DNA of 51,397 nucleotides from Thermoleophilia bacterium (GTDB lineage Bacteria; Actinomycetota; Thermoleophilia; Gaiellales; SKUG01): NCBI GenBank assembly GCA_025964435.1, contig JAOPYV010000169.1, positions 1 to 51,397 of the forward strand, read 5' to 3'. Shown piece by piece: positions 49,283 to 51,397 of this stretch (position 1 is its first letter; each line of letters starts with the position of its first letter). The notes under the pieces were generated by a model. It saw only the letters and a program-made list of their open reading frames with translations, ran no database searches and was not told where the DNA came from. The position numbers and the translations under genes were made by a program.

Positions 49283-50608
49283 ATGCGCCGTCTCCCCCTC
49301 CTCCTCGCGTCCCTGCTCCTGCCCCTGCTCGCCCCGACGCTGGTCCACGCCGCGCCCGGCGCCGTGACGGGGGGATCACTCGCGTACGGCGACGGCACGA
49401 CGATCATCGACGTGCTCGTCGTCACGACCCCGCCGGTCAGCTGCGGCACGGGCTGCACGCAGACGACCATCAAGCTGACCGAGCGCGAGGTCGCACCGCT
49501 CGCGGGCACGGGATGTGTCTCGGAATCGGCGCTGACGATCGCCTGCACCGTGATCTCCGCCGCGCCGGAGCTGCGCATCACCGGCAGTGAGGGATCGGAC
49601 ATCGTCGACGCTTCCGGGAGCGCCGTTGCGCCGACCATCGGCTTCGGTGGCGGCGACGACACGGCCTTCTGGTGCGACTGCCCGGCCGCGCCCATCGCCG
49701 TGGATGGCGGTGCCGGCACCGACACGCTCAGCTTCGAGCGAGCGCCACGCGGCATCCAGCTGGTGCAGGGGGGCATCGTGGCCATGGAGACGCTCGTCGG
49801 CTCGGTGCACGCGGATGTGCTCGACGTACCGGTTCGGTCGATCTTCGCCAACGACGGCAATGACATCGTCCGCAGCGGTGCGCTCGCACAGGTGATCGAC
49901 CTGGGAGGCGGCAACGACGTGTTCGTGGAGCAGTCACCGGTCAAGCACGCGCAGGTCGTCACCGGCGGGACAGGGCGCGATCGCTACGAGGCGAACGGCA
50001 CCAAGCGCGAGAAGTTCGAGATCTGCCTCGACGAGCGAGCAGTCGTCTGTCCCATGTACGACGGCCGCAAGTTCGAGCGCGATCGCATTGGCAGCGACGT
50101 CGAGGAGGTGCGCATGTTCGGCACCAGCGACGACCTGCTCATCGGCAGCCCCGTCGCCAACACGCTCGAGGGGGGCGGCGGCAACGACATCCTGATCGGC
50201 GGCGCAGGTGCCGACACGCTGCGCGGCGGCGCGGGCCTCGACCTGGCGTCGTTCGCGATCGCGACGCTCGACCCCCGCGGCGTCCACGTCACCTTCGACG
50301 GTCGACGCAACGATGGCAACCCGCGGAGCGACCTCGTCGGCACCGACATCGAGATCGTCGCCGGCACGAGGAAGAACGACAAGCTGATCGGCGGCCGGGG
50401 TCTCGACGCCCTCTTCGGCGATGCCGGCAACGACACGATCGTCGGCGGCAAGGGTCCCGACCTGCTGGTCGGCGGCCCGGGCAACGACGTGATCGATGCC
50501 CGCGACGGCGTGAAGGACGAGATCGAGTGTGGGCCGGGCAGCGATCGCATCCGCGCCGACCTCTTCGACACGATCACGAAGGATTGCGAGTTCCGACGCT
50601 TCACCTGA
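49283..50608 (+). CDS. Secreted protein with RTX/hemolysin-type Ca2+-binding repeats
   Basis: Sec signal MRRLPLLLASLLL...VHA; many GGxGxDxL nonapeptides; DARDG..D.I.CGPG.D....D..D...DCE tail. Confidence 0.9.
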   Translation: MRRLPLLLASLLLPLLAPTLVHAAPGAVTGGSLAYGDGTTIIDVLVVTTPPVSCGTGCTQTTIKLTEREVAPLAGTGCVSESALTIACTVISAAPELRITGSEGSDIVDASGSAVAPTIGFGGGDDTAFWCDCPAAPIAVDGGAGTDTLSFERAPRGIQLVQGGIVAMETLVGSVHADVLDVPVRSIFANDGNDIVRSGALAQVIDLGGGNDVFVEQSPVKHAQVVTGGTGRDRYEANGTKREKFEICLDERAVVCPMYDGRKFERDRIGSDVEEVRMFGTSDDLLIGSPVANTLEGGGGNDILIGGAGADTLRGGAGLDLASFAIATLDPRGVHVTFDGRRNDGNPRSDLVGTDIEIVAGTRKNDKLIGGRGLDALFGDAGNDTIVGGKGPDLLVGGPGNDVIDARDGVKDEIECGPGSDRIRADLFDTITKDCEFRRFT

Positions 50609-50634
50609 ACTTCAGGTCGAGGCTTGATGGTAAC

Positions 50635-50659
50635 AACCCTGAGGCTCGACCTCAGGGTT
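50635..50659. terminator. Inverted repeat between convergent genes
   Basis: AACCCTGAGG-CTCGA-CCTCAGGGTT. Confidence 0.5.
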
Positions 50660-51362
50660 AGACCGGCGAGATGAAGCCGGTCACGTTCGCGTCCCACGGC
50701 TTGACCGTTCGTCGCGACACTTGGTCGGCGTAGTTGCCTTCGATCGTGTGGACGCGACCGGGTGAGATCTTCGCCACCATGCCGATGTGGCCGCGCATGT
50801 CGCCATTGGAGCGATAGACGATGAGGTCTCCCGCCTTCGGCTTGTAGCCGTCGCGCGCCCAGTGCCAGCGACGAGTGAGCCGCGCCCATGCGACCAGCTC
50901 CGGCACGTAGTCGGCGCCCTGGCCGTTGAACCCGATCTCGAAGCCAGCCTTGCGCCAGACCCAGCTGACGAAGTCGGCGCACCACGGCTCGGCGACGCGG
51001 GGGTTCTCGTTCGGTCCCGTCACGGCGCGGCGATAGGTGATGATTCGATTGGCGTGGTTGGCACGGCTCGGCCACTCGCGCACGCCGACCTCCTGCGTCG
51101 CGGCCAACACGGCGCGGCGGCGCATCGCGCGGCGCTCCGCCTTCGGGATGTACGGCGTTGCGGCACGCGGCGGCGCCGGAGTGGTCTCCTCCGGTTCAGA
51201 CAGCTCATGCCCCGGCAATCCGATGAGGCCATCCATGGTCGGCGTGAGCAGCACGATGACGACCATCGTGAAGATGGCACCAAGGAGCAACGCGGAAAGG
51301 CCCGTGCGAACGGTCGAGGCGTGGCCATCGCGATATGCGCGATACAGCGACGCCAGATCCAT
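50658..51362 (-). CDS. CHAP-domain peptidoglycan hydrolase with N-terminal TM anchor
   Basis: PWCADFVSW, PKAGDLIVY, HIGMV, TIEGN; upstream TTGACG-N16-CACACT ending 6 nt before the ATG. Confidence 0.88.
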   Translation of the reverse strand: MDLASLYRAYRDGHASTVRTGLSALLLGAIFTMVVIVLLTPTMDGLIGLPGHELSEPEETTPAPPRAATPYIPKAERRAMRRRAVLAATQEVGVREWPSRANHANRIITYRRAVTGPNENPRVAEPWCADFVSWVWRKAGFEIGFNGQGADYVPELVAWARLTRRWHWARDGYKPKAGDLIVYRSNGDMRGHIGMVAKISPGRVHTIEGNYADQVSRRTVKPWDANVTGFISPV

Positions 51363-51397
51363 GGATCCAGTGTGCGGCCAATCACCGGCCCGTCAAG

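Noticed and set aside
49283-50608. RTX toxin / type I secretion system
   Set aside because: Has a Sec signal and no toxin domain or transporter nearby; such Ca-binding repeat proteins are common surface proteins.

Overview
High-GC actinobacterial chromosomal segment, most likely class Thermoleophilia (inferred from gene content and order). A housekeeping backbone (priA-metK, gpsA-der-cmk/plsC-aroA-aroF, rluB-scpB-scpA, trpS/lgt, dnaE) is interrupted by many orphan genes. The strongest unannotated signal is at 39845-40060. It looks like a type I toxin-antitoxin locus that the ORF track misses: a 23-aa hydrophobic peptide gene on the - strand, a convergent ~75-nt sRNA with its own sigma70-type promoter, a shared bidirectional terminator, and three 10-12 nt segments in the sRNA that are complementary to the peptide mRNA's 5'UTR, Shine-Dalgarno and CDS. 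It sits next to a chimeric, frameshifted gene remnant. Other notable items: (1) dispersed orphans and enzymes with a shared M-x-I/L-x-x-P, Ser/Thr/Pro/Ala-rich N-terminus and sigma28-like upstream motifs, possibly a non-Sec-exported regulon; (2) a 12-aa tandem-repeat protein next to a carboxylate-amine ligase; (3) two proteins sharing a WxL-like C-terminal domain; (4) a PolX with an altered polymerase active site; (5) a stand-alone Cys-free rpsD; (6) a 312-bp antisense gene overlap. No rRNA, tRNA, CRISPR array or intact transposase was seen. All product calls come from motif recognition, not database searches.
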